Shown one piece after another: positions 32,901-45,187 of a stretch of DNA of 64,000 nucleotides. The notes under the pieces were generated by a model. That model was not told where the DNA came from. It did not search any database and worked only from the letters and a program-made list of their open reading frames with translations. Position numbers and translations under genes: made by a program. Source of the stretch: Selaginella moellendorffii (Eukaryota > Plantae > Lycopodiophyta). The stretch is taken from positions 124,001 to 188,000 of the forward strand of contig NW_003314398.1 of NCBI RefSeq assembly GCF_000143415.4, in the 5' to 3' direction. Every line of letters begins with the position of its first letter. Within the stretch, counting starts at the first letter, position 1.

Positions 32901-33770
32901 TAATCACATTCATGATAAGAAGTGTCAAAGTGTTTGGCATAATTATGCTACAATCAATCCATACTAAGGATGAGGTTAAAAGTTTAATTTAGCATTACTT
33001 GCAATGATTGTAACTCAAACTCAAAATTGCCCATATGCGCAACCAAGTTTGCTTTATCCCGTGCATATATATACGGTCATTGCTATAAAGAATGGAAACT
33101 GGCTCTACTGTATAATATAAATGTAAACAGCAACATGTGGCAATAAGTTAAACAATAGAAGATAAACTTAAGCTTGTATCAACCAATACGGAGAGAAGAA
33201 TAAAAGACTTCTTATTATAAAAATGAGTTTGGAAAGTAAACATTGGATGAACTAATACTGAGTGAACCACTTGATAATACTCTTAAAAGAAAGATGAAAG
33301 GGTTACTAACTTATTTGCACAAGGTCCCTCCATTTTTTGTATGACCCCTTGTTTCCCAAAAGTATTTCAGTGTTTAGACTTTTCACTGCAATAGCACTAA
33401 CAGGACACTATTGACGCTAAAGTCTCCACCTAGGAAATAGAGGTTACTAATATGGAAAACACTGACAACATTGATAAATGTGACCAACCTCATCACACAT
33501 CTAGTAACGGACATCACGGCCATAACCACATCCTCACTCGTGTTTTTGAACTCGGGCAGTAGTAGCATCAACCTCCATTGGACCAAAATTATCTCCCACA
33601 AAAAGTGGAGCTAAAAGATGTGCAATGAGAAGTGGAAAATACAATGTATTATAATGTTGTGCTAAACGAAGAGCATTATTAAGGGTTATTAGAGCAAGTG
33701 CATGTATAAGTCTTATAAGATCTTGACAAAGTCACAACATTCTCAACTTGATCCTTTTTGACATATTTTG
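29957..33770 (-). mobile_element. Degenerate third copy of the same gypsy family, 5'-truncated within gag (3' LTR 29957-30130)
   Basis: Colinear with INT, RH, RT and gag of element 1; unrelated DNA at ~32461-32925 replaces part of RT. Confidence 0.93.
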
Positions 33771-34362
33771 TTTTTTATAGATTTAATTTAATTTCTAAGT
33801 TTAAAAATAATATAAACACTACCAATTTATTATGTATAAAAACACCAGTGCAGTTATTAGTTTTGGTAACTAAAACTATTGTAAACAAGATAAAATTTAT
33901 TAATTGTCTTGTAAAAATCCTGAATACTATTTACTTTATATGTACACTTTGAATTTTTCCCTTCTTAATTAAAATTTTGGCATAATTACTTAAATAAACA
34001 GAAAATATTGTCAAATTGTTTAGATATGTGAAATAATGTATGGACAAATTGTTTACATGTGAAATAATATATCCTCACCTGTAAATTAGGACATATGGAT
34101 GAAACTTTTGAGAATTTCAAATATACTGCATTTGTGTGCACTATCAGTCAATTATCATTAACAGAATTTTCATATCTTTATGGTCTGGATCCTAACTTTG
34201 CATCTTTATGGTGTGGTTTCCAAAAAGTGTTTCTCAAGCTTCACCTCCCAGCAGGAAATTATACGCTGCCATCCAAGAGGTTAGGCTTTTTACAAAGCTT
34301 TTGAATTTCCCGTGCTAAGAGGTTTAGGGTTTATAGGTACTTAAAGCATCTTCAAGTATATA

Positions 34363-36322
34363 CTAAACTTTTCCCGCGCTAGCTGAGTCATCGTCTTCCT
34401 CCTCGCGCAGGCTCTTGTAGCGATACCAGTGCGCCAGCGGCAAATAGATGAGGATGTCGATCGCGCTGAGAACCGCTAGCAGCCAGAAGAAGTAATCCAT
34501 GTGCCCCTGGTTGAGATTGTCTGCGATCCATCCGGGGTTGCCATTCCTCTGCGATATGCGCATCACGATCGTCACCAGCAGGCTGCTGAGGTAGCTCCCC
34601 AGCGCGTTGGTCGTGAGCGACAGGGCGGCGGCCAGGCTCTGCATCCCGTCCGGCGACTGCTGGTAGAAGAACTCGATCTGGCCGATGAAAGTGAACACCT
34701 CCGAGGCGCCGATGAGGAAGTACTGCGGGACTTGCCAGAAGATGCTCATCTGCCTCCTCGCCAGCACCGGATCGTCGCTCACGGCGTCGGGATCCATCAG
34801 CCCCCTGCTCCGAGCGATCTCCAGGCGCTTTATCTCCACCAGCGCAGCGATGATCATCGAGAAGGTGGAGATGATCAGACCGATTCCCATCCTCTGGAGC
34901 TGCGTGAACCCCTGTGGATGCTTGGTGTAGCGGCGGACGAGCGGCACCAGGAGGCGGTCGTAGAGAGGGACCCAAAGGATGACGCTCAAGGTGTCGAAGA
35001 TGGAGAGCGAGGCCGGCGGGATCTTGAAGTTGCTCGAGCCGACGTAAGTGTTCATCACCCCGCCTTGCTCCACGAACAATGTTGACATCTGGGAGTAGAC
35101 GGTTGCGAAGACGATGCTGGTAGCCCAGATTGGCAGCAGCCGGGCGAGCATCTTCACCTCCTCGACTCGAGTGACAGTGCTAAGAAGCCATGGTGACGGT
35201 GATACTTCGGCGCTCGCCCTGTCTTTCACAGCAGCTTTGTCCAGAAACCTTTGAGAAAAGTCAGTGTGAAAAAATAATAAATCGGAATACATGATAGTTC
35301 TTACCGAAAGTTGGGAGAGTGTGCTAGCTTCCTCGTCTCCGAGTCGTTGTCCTCGTGAAGCAAGGATTTGTCTTCAGGAACTTGGACTCTCCACTTCCGC
35401 CCGGCGGCAAGAAGCACTTGGGCGACTCGTGTGAGCGGACTCATCCCTGGAGGCTGGTGCCTGTACAGCCTGGTTCCCGAGAAAAAGGAGCATATCGCTA
35501 TCGCCATGGCCACCGTCGGGATGCCAAAGCCCCATGCCCAGCTCACTTGGTCTTGGATGTAAACCAGAATGCTGCTCGACACGAGAGCGCCGATGTTGAT
35601 GGAGAAGTAAAACCAGTTGAAAAACGATGTCATCTGTTTCTTCTCCGCCGGATTCTTGTCGTCAAACTGGTCCGCTCCAAACGACGAGACGCACGGCTTG
35701 ATTCCACCCGTCCCGAGCGCTATGAGATATAGTGAGCTGTAGAAGACTGCGAGCTGGCCCAGAGTTGCCGATGAGCATGACTGTTCGTGACAAGTTGGTC
35801 GCAGAGACGGTAGTGACGCTGAAAGAGTGAGAAGTAGCATTCCCTTCCACAATCCGAAAGTCACTTCATAAGCTAGCTTGATAGCAATCTTACCAGGAAG
35901 TATAAGAAAGAGAAAGCAGCGATCGTCCAGTATCTTCCAATGTAAGAGTCCGCGATAAAGGCGCCAATGAGCGGCGTGATGTAGCAAGTTCCCGACCAGT
36001 TGTTGACATTGGTAGCAGCGGTTGCATTGTTCTGGTTGAGCTTCTTGGTCATGTACACCACCAGGTTAGTGCTGATGCCATAGTATGCCAGCCTCTCACA
36101 GCATTCATTGCCTGAAGAAACGTTAACACACAAACTTGAATCGCGAAGAGAGCTCACCAAGTATGAATGGACAAGCTTTCCAGCCGCCAGTCTTCCTTTT
36201 CTCCACACCCTTAAGGGATGAAAGGGAATCCTTTCTCTACAACACAAGATTTAGAAGCATTAGCCAGCGAAAGCAACGAGTACCTGGAGCGCCGGCGCCT
36301 CCGCGCTCTCGGGAGCTTCCAT
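34363..36322 (-). CDS. NPF8: NPF8/PTR peptide transporter (5 exons)
   Basis: [59 protein letters not shown]. Confidence 0.93.
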
Positions 36323-36608
36323 GAGAACAATAACACACTTTTTAGCAAAGCCTAGAAATCTTATTTTAATGGTTCTAAAACCAATTTCGGTGCACCTGCA
36401 AATAACTTTGAAAACCACGTAGCATAATTGCATCAAACACAAAACAAAAAAAAGTTTGCCAGTCGAACATTCGCGTCGCGTGATTGAACGAACTTGTTAA
36501 CATTCGTTTTCTTTGACAGCAAAGCGGGGAAAATGCCGCAAAGCGATTTAGACATAAAGTATCCTAGCCGTATCCGCGATCACTGCTCACAAAACAGACT
36601 GTTAGTAT

Positions 36609-38290
36609 TTATATGAACCGAGAAAGCTCACCGCACTTTGTTTGCTCCCCATTTACTTGTTCAAGAGCTTTCGTTCGTACGTTGTGTGGAATAACAGACA
36701 AGCTGCTCAACCGTGCGCCCCCTTCTGTGCACCACGACTTCTGTCTCCTGAACTTTCGCAAGGGGTTCACAGTCCAAAACCAACTCAGTCTCATGGTAAG
36801 GAAGGAGAGAATTGAGCGGCAGAAAGCGAAGCAGTCGTCTTCGGTATCAGGTGATTTTTTCTCGATAAAATCATCCTCTACCATGAGTTTGCTGATAGAC
36901 TTCCCTTCGCGAGGTAGGAACTTGGTCTGGAAAAACACACATTATACACACAGAACGGATACGCTCCAGATAGTTCTCTTACCTCTACGGTTGACAGATC
37001 GACCCCTCTAGTGCTTAACTCATTGAGCAAACTGTTGAATTCTTCTTGCGTAGGAAGGTAGTGGCCGCTGTAACCCTCGATAGACTGATATAAACAGATG
37101 GTCATAGATAGATTTATGCATAGCAGAGCTTGAGTACCTTTAAAACTCCATCTGTGGCTCTCAGACGTCCGGCTGCTTTTACTGCTCCTCCGGCTAAAAA
37201 GCTCGAGTGCTGGAATTTTCCTCTTACCTTCTGTAAAGAAGAAAGACAAAAGTGCGACTTACAAGAGCTTGCTTAAGAAAACCTCTTACCCGTCCAACGT
37301 AAAGCTTCCCATTCGTATCCATTACGAAAATCCACTTGTCGCGCCCTTCGTCCGTATCAAGAGGTTTCCCACAGCTGGTGTATATCAATCTCCCGTCTTG
37401 AATCGTCACCTCGTACTCTTTCCTTTTTTTCTGTTGGTTTCATCAGTCTCAAGCGCCAAAGAATTGGAAAATTGCCACCATACATACTGGACTCAAGTAG
37501 CAAATTTGTTCTTTCATGAGAACTGTTCTAGGACACTCCTCAAGGTCCAGGTATCTCCCTTCCCCGGCATCTAGCCTGTACCGAAGCAACTTAGCATAAA
37601 AGCTTTGTCAACTACAAAAACAAACGGAGCACCAGGTAAAAAAACGCTCCTTCGTCCCACTTCTTTCCCAGGCGTTGAAGTAGAAACGCAGATTGTGTCC
37701 GTAACGGTGCTTCACATCAATCTGCGTAGAAACATCAGAAACTGACGATGGCGAGTGTGATCAATCCACAGCTGACTTACAGCTTCCAGCCAGTGTTGAA
37801 ACGCAAGCTTCTTGGCCTTCTCGTCCTGGAAAAGTCCTCTTCCCACCTGCAGATCGCCCAGCTCTCTTGAAAAAATCGAAAACACTCGATGTTTGGATCG
37901 ACCTTGGCGGCCTCTCTTCCAGCACGGATCCACCGGTGAGGAGGATCATCTTGCGCTGTCTTCTTCGATAGGACGACGCCATTCACAACGTTCCACCTAA
38001 TTGATAAGATGTGAGAAAAGAGAGAATGGAAAAAAAAAGAAAGAGCTATACCATCCATAGTCTTTGGCTAGGCACGCGCAGTCCGCGAGCTGGCGCCTCG
38101 TTCTGTAGCCACGATACATCTTTTGCATCGCGGTGGCGGCATCGTCCTGAGGTTTCTCTGCCAAGACAGAGAGCACAAGCTAAAACTCGAAATTTCTCTT
38201 GCGGATGATCAATCGGTTAAGAAACACCGCACCGCAGCTCACAGCGGCGCTCTTTCGAACCGGAGCGCCTTCTAGCGCCGAGCAATCCAT
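36609..38290 (-). CDS. IQM: IQ-motif calmodulin-binding protein, IQM family (multi-exon)
   Basis: [65 protein letters not shown]-terminal KALEQVN. Confidence 0.88.
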
Positions 38291-38598
38291 CCTAAAATTC
38301 GTCGATCTGCAAGGAAAATGCCGCTAAGCTTAGCGCAAGGGAGTCAAAGCAGCAAAGCAAGACCGATCGATGCTTCTCCACACCTGCGCGCGTGGCAGCG
38401 ATCCAATCTCTCGAGCTTCCGCTCGCCCAAGCTCGCGCAACCCTAAACGAGACGCGCGCTCTCTCCTTTTTCCCCTTGGCCCTTCCGGACATCGCCGTAC
38501 GACTAGATCTATCGCCTTTGCCAGGAAATTGCCTCGAAGCTCGTCCTCCTTCGTTCTCGTTTAAAGTATGAGTATTTTTTGTTGGCTCGTGCAAGACT

Positions 38599-38655
38599 TT
38601 GACCGGATCCCCTCGTTGACTAAAGCTTGACTTTCACTTTACACAGTCAAGCTTT
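38599..38655. promoter_or_regulatory. W-box cluster and 11-bp inverted repeat between the NPF8 stop and the IQM start
   Basis: TTGACY at 38599, 38616, 38627 and 38645 (reverse); AAAGCTTGACT...AGTCAAGCTTT. Confidence 0.5.
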
Positions 38656-38703
38656 TCTTTTACTTAGTCGCCAATCTTCTGTTACTTAGTCGCCAATCTT
38701 CTC

Positions 38704-40763
38704 TTACTTAGTCGCCTTATACTTGAAGCGATACGCGAATGGAAGATAGAAGAGAACGTTGACGACGCTGAGCGCTGCCAAGAGCCAAAAGAAGTAGTCA
38801 ATGTGGCCATGATTGAGGTTGTCGGCGATCCATCCGGGCTTCCCATCCCTCCGGGTGATCTTGGTGACGATGGTCACCAGCAAGCTCGAGAGGTAGTTCC
38901 CCAGCGCCACCGTCGCCAGCGACAGCGCCGAGCCCAAGCTCCGCATGGCGTCGGGCGACTGCTCGTAGAAGAACTCGAGCTGCCCGATGAAGGTGAACAC
39001 CTCCGACGCCCCGATGATGAAGTACTGGGGGATTTGCCAGAAGATGCTGAGCTGCGCGTTGAGGAGCTTCGGGAAGTTCTTGTCGTCGGCATCCACCAGG
39101 CCTTTCTCCCTCGCGACTCGCAGACGCTGGATCTCCAGGACCGCCGCCACCACCATGGAGAGCGTGGAGATGACGAGACCGATTCCCATTCTCTGGAGCT
39201 GCGTGAATCCCTGTGCGTGGCCGGTGTACCTGCGGACGAAGGGGACGAGCAGCCGGTCGTAGATCGGGACCCAGATCAACACGCTGAGCGTGTCAAACAT
39301 GGAGAGCGATGCCGACGGGACCTTGAAGGTGCCGAGGATGTAGTCCATCTTGAGGCCTTGCACCACGAACAGCGTCGACATCTGAGCGTAGACTGTGGAG
39401 AAGACGATGGCGCTGGCCCAGATAGGAACGATTCGTAGCAGGATCTTCACTTCCTCGACTTGAGTGACCGTGCAAAGGTTCCACGTTGTCGTCGGTCTCG
39501 ACCTGTCCTCGACCGCTGCCTTGTCCAGGAAACTTTCAAAACCAAAAGTCACAAGAACTTAGAACGAAGCGAAGCCCGAAAAAATATGTAAGGAGCACTT
39601 CTTCACCTGTATTCTGCCGTGTGCTGAATTTTCCGGCTCCCTTCGATGGCGGACGCCTTCTCGTCGACCTCGTAGAGCATGGTCTCGTCGGCTGGAAGAC
39701 GTAGCCTCCAGTTCCGGATGGCTGCGACGATAACTTGAGCGATCCGAGTGAGTGGACTGCCTCCTGGTTTCTGGTGCCTGTACTTCTTGGACCCGGTGAA
39801 GAAGCTCACAATGGCTATTCCCATTGCTGCTGCCGGTATGCCAAATCCCCAGGCCCAGTTGACGCTTTGCTGGATGTAAACGAGAAAGGTGCTGGCGATC
39901 ATGGCACCGACGTTGATCGAGAAGTAGAACCAGTTGAAGAAGACAGTCTTATACTTCTTCTCCGAGGGGTCTTCGTCGTCAAACTGGTCTGCTCCAAAGG
40001 ATGAAACGCAAGGCTTGATTCCACCAGTGCCCAGCGCTACCAGATAGAGAGCCAGATAGAATGATCCGATCTGACCAGGCGAGGCCCCAGGACAAACGTC
40101 CCCCACACAAGATGGTGGTTTTAACGATGGAACTGACGCTGATAACGTGAGCAGAACCATTCCCTGTAAGAAAAACAAACTTTTAGCTGCGAAGCTATGA
40201 AAGTCGAGAAAGAAGAACTTACCACAAAGTATACAGAAGAGAAGGCAGCGATCGTCCAGTAGCGACCGAGGTAGGCATCGGCCAAGAAAGCTCCTATGAG
40301 AGGTGTGATGTAAGCAGTTCCAGACCAGTTCGTCACATTGGTCGATGCAGTCGCGTTGTGCTGATGGAGTTTGTCGGTCAGAAACACCACCAAGTTCATG
40401 GAAATTCCATAGTAGGCAAGCCTCTCACAGCATTCGTTTCCTGTTCAAGGCAAGATCAAGCAAGATATCATAAAGTTTCGTTTTTTTGTTGCTCACCCAA
40501 GATATAAGGACACGCTTTCCAGCCGCCGGTAGTTCTCCTATCAGCAGGATTGTGCTTCCAATCCACAGTGCCGTCCTTTGTGATGAAGCTCTCTTTCTCC
40601 AGATCTTCGCCATTTTCAAGATCCTTACAAAATCGAAAGCACCAGTGTGTAAGTCTTCCATTCTCCCGAGTTTCTTCCAAGAGAAATTCCTCACCTTGGT
40701 TGATGTGGGCAGGAGCCCAGCAGTGCTAGCGTCGGCGACGGTGCTCTCCTCCATGGCTCCCAT
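38704..40763 (-). CDS. NPF8: NPF8/PTR peptide transporter (5 exons), likely donor of the 1254-3284 copy
   Basis: Same motifs; introns and flanks near-identical to 984-3400 in reverse complement. Confidence 0.95.
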
Positions 40764-41538
40764 CCCTTTCCACTCACACAGGAAGAATTTGGAACTTTCA
40801 AGGGAACTTTAGAACCAGAGTTCCCAGCCTCGATTCTGGTCTAAAGTTTCCTCGATCGCTCATCTGGCGAACCGGACGAGCCATTTGTCGCCGTATAGCG
40901 TGGAGATGCGTCTTTTAATCCTTTCCTGTGGCTCCAATAGTCCAAAAGTCCTCTCCCGGGACCAGACTCCGGAGTCTCGGTCACGACATTGGCGCCCTTC
41001 GATCGATCCAGAGTGGAATCGATACATTGGCGTACCTCACAGCCGGCTCGATCACGCAATGCGCACGGAATCCAACCCCCTCTCCTAAAGCCCTAGACTC
41101 GCCCGTACAGCGCGTACGGGCAATGAGGTTTTGGTAAAGTGTTTCGAACCTTCGATGCCGGGGAAATATCGCCATGTTGAGCGTAGTTGCTCCGCGCGAT
41201 TGGGTCTTGCTGCCCTATTTTGGTTCCTCCAAGATTGACGCAGGGTTTGGTCGATCCGGGGCGCGATAATCTCTCTCAGGTATGGGGGCTTGCTCCTCTC
41301 GTCTTCTCGGCTGGGTAATCCCTACTGCTAGCTGCATTTGTCGAGAGAGCACGGAGGAAGATCTACTTCTTCTACTTCCACAGTGAGGATTCTAGAATCT
41401 AGATCTCTGGCGTAGTTCTTTGGGATCTGCGCAGTTGGAAATTTCCAGTCGCAATCCAAGATTTTTTAGATTTTCGCCGCATTCGTCTCGGAGTCTTCAC
41501 TTATCCACTTCTTTCCTTTGCAGCTATTAGCGTGATTT

Positions 41539-42942
41539 ATGGACGAGAGGCAAAGATTGGATATAGACAGCATCCAGTTGGATGATCCTAGCGACTGCTG
41601 CGACACGCCACCCGTCTCCCCCTCTGCCAAGGACCGGCGAAAGAAGAAGAAGAAGAAGAACAAGAGTTACTACAGCAATCCGGCCAGCATCCAAGCGTTT
41701 GATGAAGGCCGGCAGCAGAAGCTCGCCGAGGAGAAATCCCGGCAGCTCCACAAACCATCTACATTTGCAAGCTCCGAGCCGTGCGCAATCCCGCTGCGAA
41801 CTTCCAAAGCTTTTGAGTATGAGGATGCTCACGCTTTGGATAGCTCGCCATCGTCGCCATATCCGCTCTCGAGCTCGTGTCCGGTACGATGTAGCTCTTT
41901 CGTGTTCTCTTGTTTGTGTTCTTAACTATGATGCTCGCTTTTCCTTTTTCCAGTTGTTTTCGCTGCGATCCGCATTGCGTGGAGGCCACGAAGGCCTGGG
42001 TTTGGGACCGAGGCCTAAGCTACACGTAAAGTGGGCCGTCGACGTTCGTGATCCGCCCAAGAGCAGCGTCTCCCACACACTCAATCGCCACAACAGCTCG
42101 AGAAAGAAACGATCCAAGTCCAAGACAAAAACCAAGTTCGTTTTTGTTTTGCTAGTTCTCTTCTCTCTTTTCTTTGCTGACAAAAGGTGCAATGCTTTGC
42201 AGGTCTGGAGGCTTAAAACCATTCAACAGTGGCTCAATGATGGAGGGCCAAGAAGTCGTCCCTTGCGCCCCTGATAGCCCTGTTTCAGAGGACGAAACGG
42301 TTGGCCTTACCGGCGGACTGTTTCCTCCCAGAAACCTTACTTTCACGCTTGAGGAGCTTCACTCAAACTCGGCATGGTCATCATCCAAAAGCTTCTTTGC
42401 CTCTATGGAGGTGGCCATGCAACACATGCTTCTGGCTTCTAGTTTCATCGAACAGGTACTCAGTTCTTTCGCGCTTCCACTCTTGTTACCAGCTTGCTAC
42501 CGCAGGGAAATATTGCCGGTGCTTTGATCGAGTACAAGGCCGCAGCCAACGTCTTCAGGTAAATCGAAAGCTCTTATCACGCAAAAAAGTAGTGAATCTA
42601 TCACACAGATTGGCCAAGCTCGACTCCGAGACTGAAGGCCGCAGCGAGTGTAGAACCGCGGCAGTCAGGGGCCAAGTTCTCGCCTGGATCGCCATGGCGA
42701 CGCTCTACAGCGCGAGCGGTCAGAGCCTCAAGGGGCAAAAATGCCACAACTTGGCACTGGAGGCGTGCCAGGAGGTGGGAATGAGCTACAAGGATAGCAT
42801 CCAGTGCGTTGAGAACTTCCCGGCCGCGCACCAATTCAAAGGAAATGGTGGAAGCAATCACTGCAGCCTCGCGGCGGCGCTATCGTCGGCCTCGAGCGCC
42901 TGTGAAGCGTCAAGAACAGAGAAGACGAGCGTTTGTATATAA
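41539..42942 (+). CDS. Uncharacterised protein: basic NLS-like tracts, plant motif SALRGG...KL.VKWA.DV.DPP.SSVSH, TPR-like C-terminus (5 exons)
   Basis: GT-AG introns near 41884-41953, 42136-42202, 42455-42505 and 42560-42608 give a continuous frame. Confidence 0.6.
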
Positions 42943-43028
42943 GTTTTTTCCTCTAACGTAAGATGTCCTTACACGCAAAGCTCCTTACTATTTTTCCAAG
43001 ATATTTAGGGCTTGGAGCTCGCGAAGCT

Positions 43029-45080
43029 ATGGCGCCGGTCGATTCGTGCACGACGCCATTGCTCCAGGACGGCCAGACTACTGAAGCGCCGGTAAGTTCT
43101 TGGCTGGAATTTCTTTCTTGATCTGAGAGCGAGCGCTTGTTGTTGTGGAATCGTCAGCTCGAGGATCCCAAGCAGAGCTCCAGCTCGCGGCAGAACGTTT
43201 GCGAGGACGACGATGTCGATGGGACGTATTACACGGGCGATGGATCCGTGGATTCGTCCGGGCGCCGCTCGATCAGGGCCAAGACCGGCGGCTGGAAGGC
43301 CTGCCCTTTCATTCTAGGTGGAGATTGGCATACGTTGTGATCGCTTTCTCACTTTCTCGCAGGGAACGAATTTTGCGAGCGATTGGCGTACTATGGCATC
43401 AACACGAACCTGGTCGTGTATTTGACAACGGTGTTGCATCAAGGCAATGCCGCCGCTGCTAAATCCGTCACTGCTTGGTCTGGCACTTGCTACCTCACGA
43501 CCTTCATTGGTGCGTTTCTCGCGGATTCGTATTGGGGACGCTACTGGACCATAGGAATTCTCTCCATTTTCTATGCAATCGTAAGCAACTGTTCTTTGTT
43601 CTTTTCCTGGCTTCGTCTCTAACTTGTTTTGGTTCTCGCAGGGGATGATTCTTCTCACTCTGTCAGCCTCCTTGCCCTCGCTGAAACCGTCCGTTTGTCC
43701 TCTCGACAACACCCCCTGCGAGAGTGCCACTCCGGGGCAAATGGCGTTCTTCTACACCGCCCTGTACCTCATCGCTTTCGGGACCGGTGGCATCAAGCCC
43801 TGTGTGTCCTCTTTCGGAGCTGACCAGTTCGACACTGGAGATCCCACCGAGAGAGCACACATGACGTCGTTTTTCAACTGGTTCTACTTCTCCATCAACG
43901 TTGGAGCTCTTATCGCCAGCAGCGTGATCGTGTACATACAGGTGAACGTCGGATGGGGAATCGGATTCGCAATACCTGCAGTCACGATGCTGGTGGCCAT
44001 ATGCACTTTCTTCTTCGGGACGCCGCTGTATAGGAACCAAAAGCCCGGTGGAAGCTCACTCACTCGTATCGCCCAAGTCATAGTTGCTGCCAGCGCGAAG
44101 TCCCGAGTACAAGTCCCGGCGGACGAGCGGCTTCTGTACGAGGTGCCGGACAAGGAATCGGCCATCCAGGGAAGCAGGAAGATCGAACACACTGACGAGC
44201 TCACGTAAGATCTTTGCTAGTTTTGTTCGCTGATTAGTTTCGCTTTGAATCCACCAGGTGTTTGGACAAAGCAGCGACACAAACAGCTCCTGAGTTAGAA
44301 AACCGACCAAGTCCTTGGCGCTTATGCACAGTCACTCAGGTCGAGGAAGTAAAGATCTTTGTCCGGATGCTACCAATATGGGCGAGCACGATTGTCTTCT
44401 TCACGGTCTACTCGCAGATGTCCACCTTCTTCGTGGAGCAGGGCCAGAGAATGGATCCCAAACTGGGTCCAAAGTTTAACATCCCGGCAGCATCGCTCAC
44501 CGTCTTCGACACGCTCACCATCATCGTCTGCGTGCCACTCTACGACTGGTTCCTGGTGCCGCTGGTCCGAAAGTTCACGGGCCACCCGCAGGGATTCACC
44601 CAGATCCAGAGGATGGGAATCGGCCTCGTTCTCGCCACTGCTTCGATGCTGGTAGCGGCGGTGGTGGAAGTGAAGAGGCTCCAGCTCGCGGCCGAGTTTG
44701 ATCTCCTGGACAACGTCACGGATCCGGTCCCGATGAGCATTCTCTGGCAGATACCGCAGTACTTCCTCATCGGTGCCTCGGAAATTTTCACGGCCATTGG
44801 GCAGCTCGAGTTCTTCTACGATCAGGCACCCGACGCGATGAGGAGCTTGGCGAGCGCGCTGGCGCTCAGCACGACGGCGCTGGGGAACTACTTGAGCAGC
44901 TTCTTGGTGGCGGTGATCTCCGCAACGAGTTCTTCCGGGAGTTCCGGGTGGATCCCAAACAATCTAAATCGCGGCCACCTGGATTACTTCTTTTTGGTGG
45001 TGGCGGCGCTCAGCGCTCTCAATGGGCTCTTCTTCTGGGCATGCTCGAGAGGCTATCGATACAAGAAAGTTACCGTGTAA
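43029..45080 (+). CDS. NPF8: NPF8/PTR peptide transporter (5 exons)
   Basis: [71 protein letters not shown]. Confidence 0.95.
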
Positions 45081-45187
45081 ATATTTTACATTGGACTAAT
45101 GTAACTTCTCGAGAAGATTTAAATACTTCACTTTTAATTTCAACTCAATTCATGGTTTTCGCGCGCATTTTCTAGGGTTTATGGGCT

